This document shows positions 25,101 through 37,270 of a DNA stretch of 64,000 nt, in pieces. Location of the stretch: the NCBI GenBank assembly GCA_047967505.1, contig CM106538.1; one strand, 5' to 3'. The position numbers were made by a program, and so were the translations under genes. Below the pieces are notes generated by a model that made no database searches, was not told where the DNA came from, and was given only the letters and a program-made list of their open reading frames with translations. The first letter of the stretch is position 1; each line of letters opens with the position of its first letter. This stretch comes from Dipteris shenzhenensis (Eukaryota).

Positions 25101-26553
25101 TGACCATTATTTTTCATATCCTCAACAAAGCATCCATGAGGATTAAATCTGACCTGCAAGCCCTGCTCAACCATTTGACCGACAGAAACCAGGTTCTTGG
25201 TGATATTCGGGACATGAAATACATCAGACAGGTATTTCTTTTTCCCATCCTGCATAGACAAAGGAATTTTACCAATTTGCACAATAGGATGTGCAGTATC
25301 ATCACCAGTCTCCACAAATCCTGGTCTTTCCATTTTCCTTGCATCATCTTGCATCCATTCTGCATGACCTGTCATGTGGTTTGATGCACCTGAGTCAACA
25401 TACCACACATCATTTCTTTCTTCTGCACTTGTCATAGAATTGGTCATGTACTGCAGCATAAACAGATGCTCATTTCTGTCATCACCCTGTCTACTAGAAG
25501 ATGCATAATTGCTTTGCTACAATTTTCCATTCATAATGTCATTCTGCTTTTTGTAGCAGTCTTTAGCCATATGACCCATTTTACCACAATAGTAGCATTC
25601 AACATTGCTGTTTGCATTTTGGCCTCTCTGCCATCCACCACGACCTCTTTGGTTCCCCCTGCCTCTAGAGTTACCACGTCCTCCTCCATAGGACTGGTTT
25701 TCTTGAGTTTGCTGCATATTTTGATTTCTACCATGGCCTCTAGATCAGCCTCCTCTACCTCTGCCTCTACCTCTTCCAGCATTTGAGTAGAAGAAAGTTT
25801 TTTTTGAAGTTCCTCCTGAAGAAGATGCACCACCATTTCTCTGCTCTTTAGAAATTAGAAGAGCAAACAACTCCTCAAAATCAGGAAATTTTTCACGGAC
25901 GGCAATGGATGTCCAGAACTGTGCATAATCCTTTCTTAGACCATTCAAGGTCACAGAAACTAGATCATCATCTTCCACTGGTGACCCAATGGAAGCAAGT
26001 GCATCTGCAATTTTCTTCACCTTCATGTGGTAGTCATTGATGCTCATATTTTCTCTTTGCACATTGTGCAACTTCTGCTTGAGCTGCATTTTCCTGGCTT
26101 GCATATTTGTGCTGTGCATTTTTGCCAAAGTATCCCATGCCTCCTTTGGCGTACTTGCATCCTGAATATGCACAATCATTGAATCCGAAATACTGATAGA
26201 TAGCCAGTACATAACTTTTCTGGCTCTCTCATGCCATCCTTTAAATGCATTTTTGCCAAAGTATCCCATGCCTCCTTTGGCGTACTTGCATCCTGAATAT
26301 GCACAATCATTGAATCCGAAATACTGATAGATAGCCAGTACATAACTTTTCTGGCTCTCTCATGCCATCCTTTAAATGCCTGCATTTCCTATTGATTGGG
26401 AACATTAGGAAGAACTGGTTCTTCTTCATTTCCTGTAATGAACTCCCAATAGCCTTTTCCCATAAGGAAATTCGTCATTCGAAACTTCCATGCTTGGAAG
26501 TTGTCCTTGTCAAGCTTTTCAGTGACAATCTGTGAAAGAGAATCAGACACCAT
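22146..26553 (-). pseudogene. gag-pol: Copia C gag-pol (gag, zinc knuckle, PR, IN, RT, RH)
   Basis: MVSDSLSQIVTEKLDKDNFQAWKFRM, CYYCGKMGHMAKDC, WYVDSGASNHM, WHKRIGH..CEAC, LRSDGGGEY and a 450-aa open RT ORF; frameshifts elsewhere. Confidence 0.96.
26115..26376. repeat. 131-bp tandem duplication in Copia C gag
   Basis: 26115-26245 appears identical to 26246-26376; TGC microhomology; frameshifting. Confidence 0.92.
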
Positions 26554-26815
26554 TGTAGAACACTGCAGAATATTCTGTCACTGCAAAAAAACACAGCTTC
26601 TGTCTCACATTCTGTCTCACATGGGCAAATCTGCAAAATTGACGAAAGTGGTATTTGACCACACAATCACTTCCTAGTGACGATTTTGCATCAGCAGGCA
26701 ATAAGGATGATTCTGTAACTCCCAGTATCTCTGCGCACAGGCATACAATGCAATTTCTGCGACAACTTTTCACCGACCTGCAGAGAAGTGAACACTATAT
26801 TGGAGAATTTGCGAA

Positions 26816-26902
26816 TCTCCCAAGTCCCACTTTCAAGTAAGGGGTTAAAATTTGACCATGGGCCAAAACTTGAACCCTTATTTGAAAGTGGGACTTGGGA
26901 GA
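26816..26902. other. Long inverted repeat in the Copia C 5' leader
   Basis: TCTCCCAAGTCCCACTTTCAAGTAAGGG ... CCCTTATTTGAAAGTGGGACTTGGGAGA centred on CCATGG. Confidence 0.85.
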
Positions 26903-27355
26903 ATTCACTAATATGGTGTTTTGTATGGATTCCACTTTCAAGTAATGGGTTTGGATTTGACCATGTGGCCAAATCTTAATCATATTGGAAGGTCCCAAAC
27001 TATTTGAAAATTCCCTAATTCCCTAATATAGTGTTAGTGGTCGCACTGCAAAAATAGGGCCTTTTTTTGAGTGCCTGTGAAGAACTTCCGCCTTAAAAAC
27101 GGGCCTCGAAATGGCTCGAATAAGAAAAATAAAGTCACCAAGGGCTTTGCCCTTTCTCGCAACATATATTGCCCTCTTGCCACACTGCGAAGGGCATCTC
27201 AATCTGAGATAGTGTACTCTTGCATCCGGTTGTGCTACCTGCAGAGATTTGCTCCTAAATTCAAAAAAGGAAAGCAACACCGGTCCTCTTACCAGGACAC
27301 CGCGAACTTGGTTTGCTTTCTTGAGCTCCTTACCACGAGCCAGGCTCTGATACCA

Positions 27356-27722
27356 TGGTGAAGATAGTGGGAGAGAGGGAAGGAGTCTCACTTGCGCCTT
27401 TATCACATACACAATGGGGGAATACACACAAAGGTGGAGGCTGAAAACAATTTTCCTCTTCTTAGTTGTGAAAGCCAAAAAAACTCAAGTACAAAGAAAT
27501 AGGAGAACCCTATATGTGGGTCTCAAACCAAACTCAGCTAACTAAGGTGGCATACTAACTGAGCCACGAACTAGAGTACATAAGGATAGCTGTCATCCAG
27601 CTATTATTCATGGGCAGTGTACCAACCGCATTGTACCAACCGCATCTGCAGCTAACAAGTCGGTGACATAAATGCACAACGGTCACCCTGGCATATCACG
27701 AGTGGAGCTCGATATCTCAACA
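27356..27722 (-). repeat. Copia C 5' LTR
   Basis: Adjacent to GCTCTGATACCA (reverse complement of the tRNA-iMet PBS). Confidence 0.95.
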
Positions 27723-28712
27723 CTGAGCCTATAAAAGAAGGCCTCTCCCCTTCATTCCCTATATGAAAAATTCATCACTTTTCTTCTCCGTCCTTTTGGT
27801 TGATGCAACAGAAGCTCTCCAGCTCTTTGGGTGCAACCAGCTTCTCCCCAGGCCATTCTCTAACCTCAGCAACACATTCTCTCTCTACAGTAGCACATTC
27901 TCTCTCTATAGTTCTAGCCCCTCCTCTCTAGAAATCTGTCCCCTCTCAGCTCTTTTGGAACAGCAGCAGCATCCTCTCTCCTCCTAGCCTGGAGCAGCCA
28001 CACCCCCTTTCTCTCTCCTGCTGCAATCTTTCTCTCTCTACTATAGAATTTCTCTCTCTACTGTTTGAGCCCATTCCCCTTGCAGAAATCTGCCTTTTTG
28101 TGCACCTCTGGAATAGTAGCAGCTCCTCTCTTACATACCCTCCCTTGGGATCAGCATTGGCACTCTCTCTCTATAGCTATCACTCGATAAAAGCTTTCTC
28201 TCTAGCCTACAGGCTATTTTTCTAAGCTGTTCTCATTCCAGCCCCATTTTCCACACTCTCCTCACCCAAGGTAGCTTCAGAGGCATCAAGGACTTCATCT
28301 ACAAAAGGGTTAAGTCACAAAGGGAGCCTGTATTGTCAAGTTTATCTCATTTACAACACTATTTCATGTTGTTTCTACTATCTTTCTAGAAACTAATGCT
28401 TGCCTCTAATGTTGGATGTTAAGTGGTGATTGTTGCAGGCTTCTTCCTTGTGGATTGGGCAAGCCAAGAGTTGAAACCTGAGCTTGGAGTCCTCCTTTTT
28501 GTTGTCTACCTTGTACATATGCTCTTGAGTCTTGTATCTAGGTCCTAGGCTTTCACTGAGTTCATCAGTTTGGAAGGTGCATTGCACCTTGGTCTTGTAT
28601 CTCCATTTTCAAGAATAAAGTGAGCCTGAATAAGGGGGGCCCCCTGTCTTGGCCCCTCAATCATATTGCAATTTCCAACGATGTCACTTTGTGTTTAAGT
28701 TGTATAAGTCTT

Positions 28713-28859
28713 AATTTCCAATATACTCCTGGAAAAGAGAATGTAGTGGTTGATGCCCTTTCTTGTAGACCATGGCTTCACCATATTTCAGTTCCCTATC
28801 ATGATGAGCTAACAACCCTCGAAGAATTCTATGAGGGAGATGCTGATTTTGCTCAGCCT
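28713..28859 (+). pseudogene. Ty3/Gypsy RNase H C-terminal fragment
   Basis: NFQYTPGKENVVVDALSCRP matches the Gypsy Y.PGK.N.VADALSR motif. Confidence 0.85.
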
Positions 28860-31217
28860 CTTACATCCAACATTAGAGGCAAGCACTAGTTTCTAGAAAG
28901 ATTTCTAGAAAGATAGTAGAAACAACATGAAATAGTGCTGTAAATGAGATAAACTTGACAATACAGGCTCCCTTCATGACTTGACCCTTTTGTAGATGAA
29001 GTCCTTGATGCCTCTGAAGCTACCTTGGGTGAGGAGAGTGTGGAAATGGGGCTGGAATGAAAACAGCTTTGAAAAAATAGCCTATAGGCTACAGAGAGAA
29101 AGCCTTTATGGAGTGATAGCTGTAAAGAGAGAGTGCCAATGCTGATCCCAAGGGAGGGGATATAAGAGAGGAGCTACTGATATTCCAGAGGTGCACAAAA
29201 AGGTAGATTTCTACAAGGGGAATGGGCTCAAACAGTAGAGAGAGAAATTTTGTAATAGAGAGAGAAAGACTGCAGCAGGAGAGAGAAAGGGGCTGTGGCT
29301 ACTCCAGGCTAGGAGAAGGAGAGAGAATACTGCTGCTGTTCCAAAAGAGCTGTGAGGGGACAGATTTCTGGAGAGGAGGGGCTAGAACTATAGAGAGAGA
29401 ATGTGCTACTGTAGAGAGAGGATGTGCTACTGAGGTGAGAGAATGGCATGGGGAGAAGCTGGCTACACCCAAGGAGCTGGAGAGGTTCTGCTGCATCAAC
29501 CAAAAGGAGGGAGAGGAAAAGTGATGAATTTTTCATGTGTGGAATGAAGGGGAGAGGCCTTCTTTTATAGGCTCAGCCCCCCCCTAGGCTTAGAGTGGAA
29601 GGTGGACACTTGTCCCAGATTTTTGGTGGGCTACAGTCTCGAAAAGGACAGCCCACAACCTGCCCCAAATCTACCAGATTTGGGGCCAAACACTTGGCCT
29701 GCATGCCCTGCCACTTGCCATGCATGCTGCCACATGTGTGGGACAGGTGGACAGACCTGCCAGCTCAGATTCCATGTGGTAGTCTGCCACGTGTCAGTTG
29801 CCACGTGTCACTTCCAAAACCCCTAAAATTTCAAAGTTGTCAGAATTCAATTCTGATCGCACCCACGGGTTCCTAATAGCTTCGACTATCTATTTCATTC
29901 CTTGCTGAAGAATCTCAAGGCACCTGAAGTTGCCCATTTATTTATTAGACACATCTTTAGACACCATGGCATGCAGGCCAAGTGTCTGGCCCCAAATTTG
30001 GTAGATTTGGGGCAAGTTGTAGGCTATCCTCTTTGGGACTATAGCCCACCATAAATCTGGGACAAGTGTCCACCTTCCACTCTAAGCCTGGGGGGGCCTG
30101 AGCATATAAAAGAAGGCCTCTCCTCTTCATTCCACACATGAAAAATTCGTCACTTTTCTTCTCCCTCCTTTTGGTTGATGCAGTAGAACCTCTCTAGCTC
30201 CTTGGGTGCAGCCAGCTTCTCCCCAGGCCATTGTCTCACCTCAGCAGCACATTCTCTCTCTACAATAGCACATTCTCTCTCTATAGTTCCAGCCCCTCCT
30301 CTCCAAAAATTTGTCCCCTCTCAGCTCTTTTGGAATAGTAGCAGCAGCCTCTCTCCTTCTCCTAGCCTGGAGCAGCCACACCCCCTTTCTCTCTCCTGCT
30401 GCAATCTTTCTCTCTCTACTATCGAATCTCTCTCTCTACTGTTCCAGCCCATTCCCCGTGCAAAAATCTACCTTTCTATGCACCTCTAGAACAGCAGCAG
30501 CTCCTCTCTTATATCCCCTCCCTTGGGATTAGCATTGGCACTCTCTCTCTATAGCTATCACTCCATAAAGGCTTTCTCTCTCTAGCCTACAGGTTGTTTT
30601 TTCTAAGCTGTTTTCATTCCAGCCCCATTGTCCACACTCTCCTCACCTGAGGTAGCTTCAGAGGCATCAAGGACTTCATCTACAAAAGGGTCAAGAAACG
30701 AAGGGAGCCTGTATTGTTAAGTTTATCTCATTTACAGCACTATTTCATGTTGTTTCTACTATCTTTCTAGAAACTAGTGCTTGCCGCTAATGTTGGATGT
30801 AAGTGGTGATTGTTGCAGGCTTATTCCTTGTGGATCGGGCAAGCCAACATTTGAAACCTGAGCTTGGAGTCCTCCTTTTTGTTGTCTACTTTGTACATAT
30901 GCTCTTGAGTCTTGTATCCAGGTCCTAGGCTTTCACTGAGTTCATCAGTTTGGAACGTGCATTGCACCTTGGTCTTGTATCTCCATTTTCAAGAATAAAG
31001 TGAGCCTGGATAAGGGGGGGTCCCTGTCTTGGCCCCTCAATCATATTGCAATTTCCAATGATGTCACTTTTTGTGTTTAAGCTGTACGTCTTAATTCCAG
31101 CTTAATTGCAATCTCTTAAGTTCAAGTATATGTGTTTGGCAACTCGCAATCATTTCATTCAAACGCCTCTGCAAAATCCGTTGTTTGAATTGATAGAAAG
31201 TACCGAGTAGTTTACAT

Positions 31218-33301
31218 TGGTATCAGAGCCTATAGAAGAAGGCCTCTCCCCTTCATTCCACACATGAAAAATTCGTCACTTTTCTTCTCCCTCCTTTTGG
31301 TTGATGGAGCGGAACATCTCCAGCTCCTTGGGTGCAGCTAGCTTCTCCCCAGGCCATTCTCTCACCTCAGCAGCAGCATCCTCTCTCCTTCTCCTAGGCT
31401 GGAGCAGCCACAACCCCTTTCTCTCTCCTGCTGTAGTCTTTCTCTCTCTCCTATAAAATTTTCTCTCTCTACTGTTCTAGCCCATTCCCCTTGCAGAAAT
31501 CTGCCTTTCTGTGCACCTCTAGAACAGCAGCAGCTCCTCTCTTATATCCCCTCCCTTGGGATCAGCATTGGCACTCTCTCTCTATAACTATCACTCCATA
31601 AAGGCTTTCGCTCTCTAGCCTATAGGCTATTTTTTCTAAGTTGTTTTCATTCCAGCCTTATTTTCCACACTCTCCTGACCCAAGGTAGCTTTAGAGGCAT
31701 CAAGGACTTCATCTACAAAAGGGTCAAGTCATGAAGGGAGCATGTATTGTCAAGTTTATCTCATTTATAGCACTATTTCATGTTGTTTCTACTATCTTTC
31801 TAGAAACTAGTGCTTGCCGCTAATGTTGGATGTAAGTGGTAATTGTTGCAGGCTCCTTCCTTGTGGATTGGGCAAGCCAAGAGTTAAAACCTGAGCTTGG
31901 AGTCCTCCTTTTTGTTATCTACTTTGTACATATGCTCTTGAGTCTTGTATCTAGGTCCTAGGCTTTCACTGAGTTCATCAGTTTGGAAGGTGCATTACAC
32001 CTTGGTCTTGTATCTCCATTCTCAAGAATAAAGTGAGCCTGGATAAGGGAGGCCCCCCGTCTTGGCCCCTCAATCATATTGCAATTTCCAATGATGTCAC
32101 TTGTGTGTTTAAGCTGTATAAGTCTTAATTCCAGCTTAATTGCAATCTCTTAAGTTCAAGTATATGTGTTTGGCAACTCGCAATCATTTCATTCAAATGC
32201 CTCTACAGAATCCGTTGTCTAAATTAATAGAAAGGACCGAGTAGTTTACATTGGTATCAGAGCCTATAAAAGAAGGCCTCTCCCCTTCATTCCACACATG
32301 AAAAATTCGTCACTTTTCTTCTCCCTCCTTTTGGTTGATGCAGCAAAACCTCTCCAACTCCTTGGGTGCAGCCAGCTTCTCCCTAGGCCATTCTCTCACC
32401 TCAGCAACAGCATCCTCTCTCCTTCTCCTAGCTTGGAGCAGCCACAACCCCTTTCTCTCTCCTGCTGCAGTCTTTCTCTCACTACTATAAAATTTTCTCT
32501 CTCTACTGTTCCAGCCCATTCCCCTTGCAGAAATCTGCCTTTCTTTGCACCTCTAAAACAACAGCAGCTCCTCTCTTATATCCCCTCCCTTGGGATCAGC
32601 ATTGACACACTCTCTCTCTATAACTATCACTCTATAAATGCTTTCTCTCTCTAGCCTACAGGCTATTTTTTCTAAGCTGTTTTCATCCCAGTCCCATTTT
32701 CCACACTCTCCTCACCCAAGGTAGCTTCAGAGGCATCAAGGACTTCATCTACAAAAGGGTCAAGTCATGAAGGGAGCATGTATTGTCAAGTTTATCTCAT
32801 TTACATCACTATTTCATGTTGTTTCTACTATCTTTCTAGAAACTAGTGCTTGCCGCTAATGTTGGATGTAAGTGGTGATTGTTGCAGGCTTCTTCCTTGT
32901 GGATTGGGCAAGTCAAGAGTTGAAACCTGAGCTTGGAGTCCTCCTTTTTGTTGTCTACTTTGTACATATGCTCTTGAGTCTTATATCTAGGTCCTAGGCT
33001 TTCACTGAGTTCATCAGTTTGGAAGGTGCATTGCACCTTGGTCTTGTATCTCCATGTTCAAGAATAAAGTGAGCCTGGATAAGGGGGGGGCCCTGTCTTG
33101 TTGGCCCCTCAATCATATTGCAATTTCCAATGATGTCACTTTGTGTTTAAGCTTTGTGTTTAAGCTGTATAAGTCTTAATTCTAGCTTAATTGCAATCTC
33201 TTAAGTTCAAGTATATGTGTTTGGCAACTCGTAATCATTTCATTCAAACACCTCTGCAAAATCCATTGTCTGAATTGATAGAAAGCACTGAGTAGTTTAC
33301 A
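31218..33301 (+). repeat. Two tandem PBS + U3-deleted LTR units of family B
   Basis: TGGTATCAGAGC at 31218 and 32252 (period 1034 bp), each fused directly to CTATA(A/G)AAGAAGG. Confidence 0.92.
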
Positions 33302-36300
33302 ACCAGCATCATCCTCAGCAACATCAGAATCAGCAAAGAGAAAATCATTCCAACCGAGGAAGATTTCAAGGACGAGGGAATGCATCCACCAACGTGTCAA
33401 ACATTCAATGCCACTACTGTCACAAGTTTGGATACTATGAAAGAGATTGCCGCAAGAAGCAGTACGACCAAGGCGGTCAATCCAGTAGTAATCAAGAGAA
33501 TTCCCGAGGTAGAGGAAATCATCATGGTGGACATTCTAGTCACAGTCATTTTGCAAATGAACATGGGAATATGTTTCTTGCAATTGAGGAATTGCATCAA
33601 ATTGATACAGTGTACTCAAACAGTGTACTCAAACACTGATTTCAATCCCAAAGAGGATTACAGGTATCAAGTCGACCAAGTGGAACATGATCCTTGGTAC
33701 ATCAACAGCAGTGCATCATCTCACATGACAAATCATTAGGAATGGTTCGTAGGAAATGAAGCCATTAGAAGGTCAAAAAAATGTCATCTACACAGCAGAC
33801 AATACACCGAATCCGGTTCAAGGGACATGTGTTATCCCTATGAAATTTCACTGGTACAAAAGGATTGGTGAAAGATGTGCTCTATGTTCTGAAGCTTAGC
33901 AAGAACCTTTTGTCCATAGGTCAAATGACGGAACACAATTACAAAGCCATCTTCGATGGTGATGAATGCACTATCAGAGATAAATCCAAAAGATGTCAGC
34001 TAGTAGCAAAAGGTGTCAAGGAAGGACACTTATACAGAATGCTAGGTACTGTACCAGATAAGCATGCCATGGTAGCTCAATCGCAATAGATGCCACTATC
34101 TGCAAAATGGCACAAGAGATATTGTCATGTCAATTTCAAGTACTTGTTAGATCTCAGGAATCAAAATATGGTAATTCGGATTCCAAAGCTATAGTTTCTT
34201 GGAAAAGTTTGCGAAGCATGCTACTTCGGCAAACAAAAGCAAACCAACTTTGTCAGAAGTACCTCTCGTGCATGAGGTATTCTTGATTTGATACATATAG
34301 ATGTATGGGGTTATGCCCAGACCCATAGCACCAATGGTTCACTTTACTACTTGACTTTCATCGACGACTACAGCAGATATTGTTGGGTCTACTTTTTGAA
34401 AGAGAAATCTGAAGTGTTTTCTAGATTTCAAGAATTTAAAGCCATGGTAGAAAACCAAACAGGCAGAAAGATCAAGGTCATGAGATCATACAGAGGAGGT
34501 GAATACATGTCTTCAGCATTCATGAACTTTTGCAGAAGTCACGGCATATGAAGACAATTCACATGTGCAGATACTCCTCAGTAGAATGCAAGAGCTGAAA
34601 GGAAGAATGGGACTTTAGTAGACAGTGCTAGAGCAATGCCTAGTGAAAAGCATCTTCCGAATTAGTATTGGGCAAAAGCAATAGCCATTGCAAACTATTT
34701 GCTTAATCGGCTTCCTACCAAACAGATACAAGGTATGACTCCTTATGAAGCATTCACTGGACACAAGCAACACATTGGGCATCTCCACATATTTGGTTGC
34801 ATAGCATATGCCCACATACATGATGATCATCACAGGAAATTGGATGCGAAGTCATGCAAATGCATCATGGTTGGCTATAGTGAAAAAAGCAAAGTATACA
34901 AATTGTATGATCCCATCAACCGCAAGGTCATTATCTCCAGAGATGTAATCTTTGATGAGGAATCAGAATGGAAAACTGCAGTAGCTTAGATGGTCTACTA
35001 GGGAAAGTAGACCTCTAGCCAGATTGACATATGCTCAGAAAGGCAAAGCAATTCAGGTGGAAACCACCAACTATGCTCTTATGACTACCATCATGGCTAC
35101 AGATGAGCCAGTGTACTTCGAAGATGCAGTAGACAAGCCAAAACGGAAAATTGCTATGAATGAAGAAATGGATGCTTTGTATAAGAGTAATACTTGGGAA
35201 TTATGTGACCTTCCGCTAGGAAAGAAGGCCATAGCAAACAAATGGGTATACAAAGTGAAGTACAATCCATATGGCAACATTCAAAGATACAAAGCCAGAC
35301 TAGTTGCAAAAGGATTTGCACATCAATATGGTTAGGACTATGATGAGACTTATGCTCCAATAGCAAAGATGGATTCCATATGGTTCTTGATATCACTAGC
35401 GACACCCAGCACATGGAATGTGTACCAACTCGATGTCAAGAATGCATTTCTCAATGGTTATCTAGACGAGGAAGTCTACATGCAACAACTAGGAGGTTAT
35501 GTTGAACCAGGAAAAGAGAATAATGTTTGCCATCTCAAGAAGAGTCTCTATGGCTTAAAGCAAGCACCCAGAAGTTGGTACAGCAGAATTGACAAGTATT
35601 TTGCTGATCTGGGATACATGAAATCCAATGCAGATCATACTCTCTACTACAAAGTTCAAGAGGAAGACATTACTATTGCACTTTTGTACGTAGATGATAT
35701 GATTGTGACAGGAAGCAAGGATAGCTTCATCAGAAAATTGAAACAAGATTTATCTACAGAGTTCGACATGAAAGATCTTGGACTTATGCACTATTGTCTT
35801 GGAATGGAGTTATGGAGAGATTCAGATAGCACATTCATGAGTCAGCTCAAGTATGTTGACAGTCTCCTGAAGAAGTTTCATATGGCAGATTGCAAGATTG
35901 TAGCCACTCCCATGGAATAGAGTTTGAAACTTACAAAAGATTCAGAAAAGCCTACAGTCAATGACAGATACTACAGGCAGCTCATCGAATCTCTTATACA
36001 TCTGACAATCACACGACCAGATATTTGTTATGCAGTAAGCTCACTAGCATAGTTTATGGCAAATCCAAAACAATCTCACTAGAATGCAGCCAAAAGAGTC
36101 TTGAGATACATCAAAGGTACAAGATAGTTTGGGATAGAATATAGAGGAAGTCATCCACGATTGCATGGATACTATGACAGTGACTATGCTGGAGATCATG
36201 AGACCAGGAGATCGACACAGGGATATGCATTTTTCCTTGGTCAAGGTGCTATATCATGGTTGTTAAACAAACAACCAACTGTTTCTTTGTCTTTGACTGA

Positions 36301-36581
36301 AGTAGAATATAGAGCACTCACTACAAGTGCATGTGAGGCTATATGGCTCAGAAGACTATTGTCAGAAACAGATTACTTTGATGAGTCAAAGCCAACAACA
36401 ATATACTGTGACAATCAATCGCCTCAAGCATTGGCCAAGAATCCAGTATATCACTCCAGCGTTACTTGGTGACATCACACTGCAGCATTGTGATAGCAAA
36501 GAAAATGTTGCAGACATCTTTACCAAACCACTCGATAAAGAGCTATTCAAGAAACACCGACTAGCTCTTGGTTTGATGTAG
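33302..36581 (+). pseudogene. gag-pol: Copia A zinc knuckle-PR-IN-RT-RH
   Basis: CHYCHKFGYYERDC, WYINSSASSHM, IHIDVWG..FIDDYSR, RYKARLVAKGF, QLDVKNAFL, YVDDM and ADIFTKPL; many stops. Confidence 0.95.
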
Positions 36582-36699
36582 AGGAAGGACATTCCCATTA
36601 AAGAGGTGCGATGGAATGCAATGCTCAGCCCTTCTTCAATTCCCCAGAATCATCATCTTGAGGGAAGGCCTACTTCATGATGTTGATCTTGAGGGAAGG

Positions 36700-36958
36700 T
36701 GTTGAGAGTTCATGCTCAACATCATGTGATCATGTGTGCATAGCACCATCACGTGATCATATGTGCATTGCACTAACCTTATAGAGTGCTATAAAGGAAA
36801 GGGTTAGATCCCCTTACCCTAATCCTAAATGGGTTTGTATATATTCTATTTTTTCAACTAAATCTAGTGTACAGTTAGTCATTTTTGTGGTGTAATCTCT
36901 AGCTGTGCCCTCTCTCCTCATCTCCACTCTTCTCCTCTCCCCTCTTCATATTTTGTCA
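36700..36958 (+). repeat. 3' LTR of Copia A
   Basis: Matches 13278-13546; preceded by the PPT and followed by the TSD. Confidence 0.95.
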
Positions 36959-36963
36959 TGCCA

Positions 36964-37270
36964 TTGTAGGTATAGTAATCATTGTCACTTATCTTTATCT
37001 CCCTCTTATTTTTGCACTCTTCATAGTCCAATATACATCTTAGCTTTCTATTTTGATGAAACAAACACCATAACAGGAGGATCCTTTCTCCTATGGATGG
37101 AGGACTCTCATAAGTGCAAAATATATGATGGGCAGATACTTTTCAGAGAGACAGCTTGAATTTGTGAGTACTTTCATTGCATACTATTTAAAAAGTTTCA
37201 AATTTAATGCATGTCCCAGTGAGATAGATGTCATTGTTAGTAACATTGATTTCAATTATTGGGCCTGATG
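36964..37270 (+). pseudogene. Ulp1/C48 protease, 3' part
   Basis: After removing Copia A: PMPL(TAG for Q) | intron 36970-37076 | EDPFS(Y)GWRTLISAKY, fitting P.Q....CG with TAT (37092-37094) in place of the catalytic TGT. Confidence 0.6.

Larger units (their letters stand above)
17411..27722 (-). mobile_element. Ty1/Copia retrotransposon C with three LTRs and duplicated IN-RT-RH
   Basis: TSD CTGAG at 17406-17410 and 27723-27727; PBS at 27344-27355; PPTs at 17747-17755 and 22120-22128. Confidence 0.96.
17052..33301. mobile_element. Rearranged Gypsy-type LTR complex B, almost entirely LTR sequence in both orientations
   Basis: Inverted U5 end 17052-17256; + LTR 17257-17410 and 27723-28716; RNase H fragment; - LTR 28860-29963 including the true U3 start; + LTR 29964-31216; PBS; 31230-32250; PBS; 32264-33301. 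Flanks are ATCA and ACCA. Confidence 0.85.
13278..36958 (+). mobile_element. Ty1/Copia LTR retrotransposon A, full-length but decayed, hosting nested insertions
   Basis: Matching TG...CA LTRs; TSD TGCCA at 13273-13277 and 36959-36963; PBS TGGTATCAGA at 13547-13556; PPT GAGGGAAGG at 36691-36699; gag-PR-IN-RT-RH order. Confidence 0.96.

Noticed and set aside
21754-27722. Independent nested insertion of a second complete Copia C
   Set aside because: Flanks ATGGA and CTGAG do not match, and the 27356 LTR pairs with the 17411 LTR.
27763-33036. Recurrent short ORFs (MKNSSLF..., MQCTFQTD...)
   Set aside because: They recur only because the B LTR is repeated; there is no coding signal.
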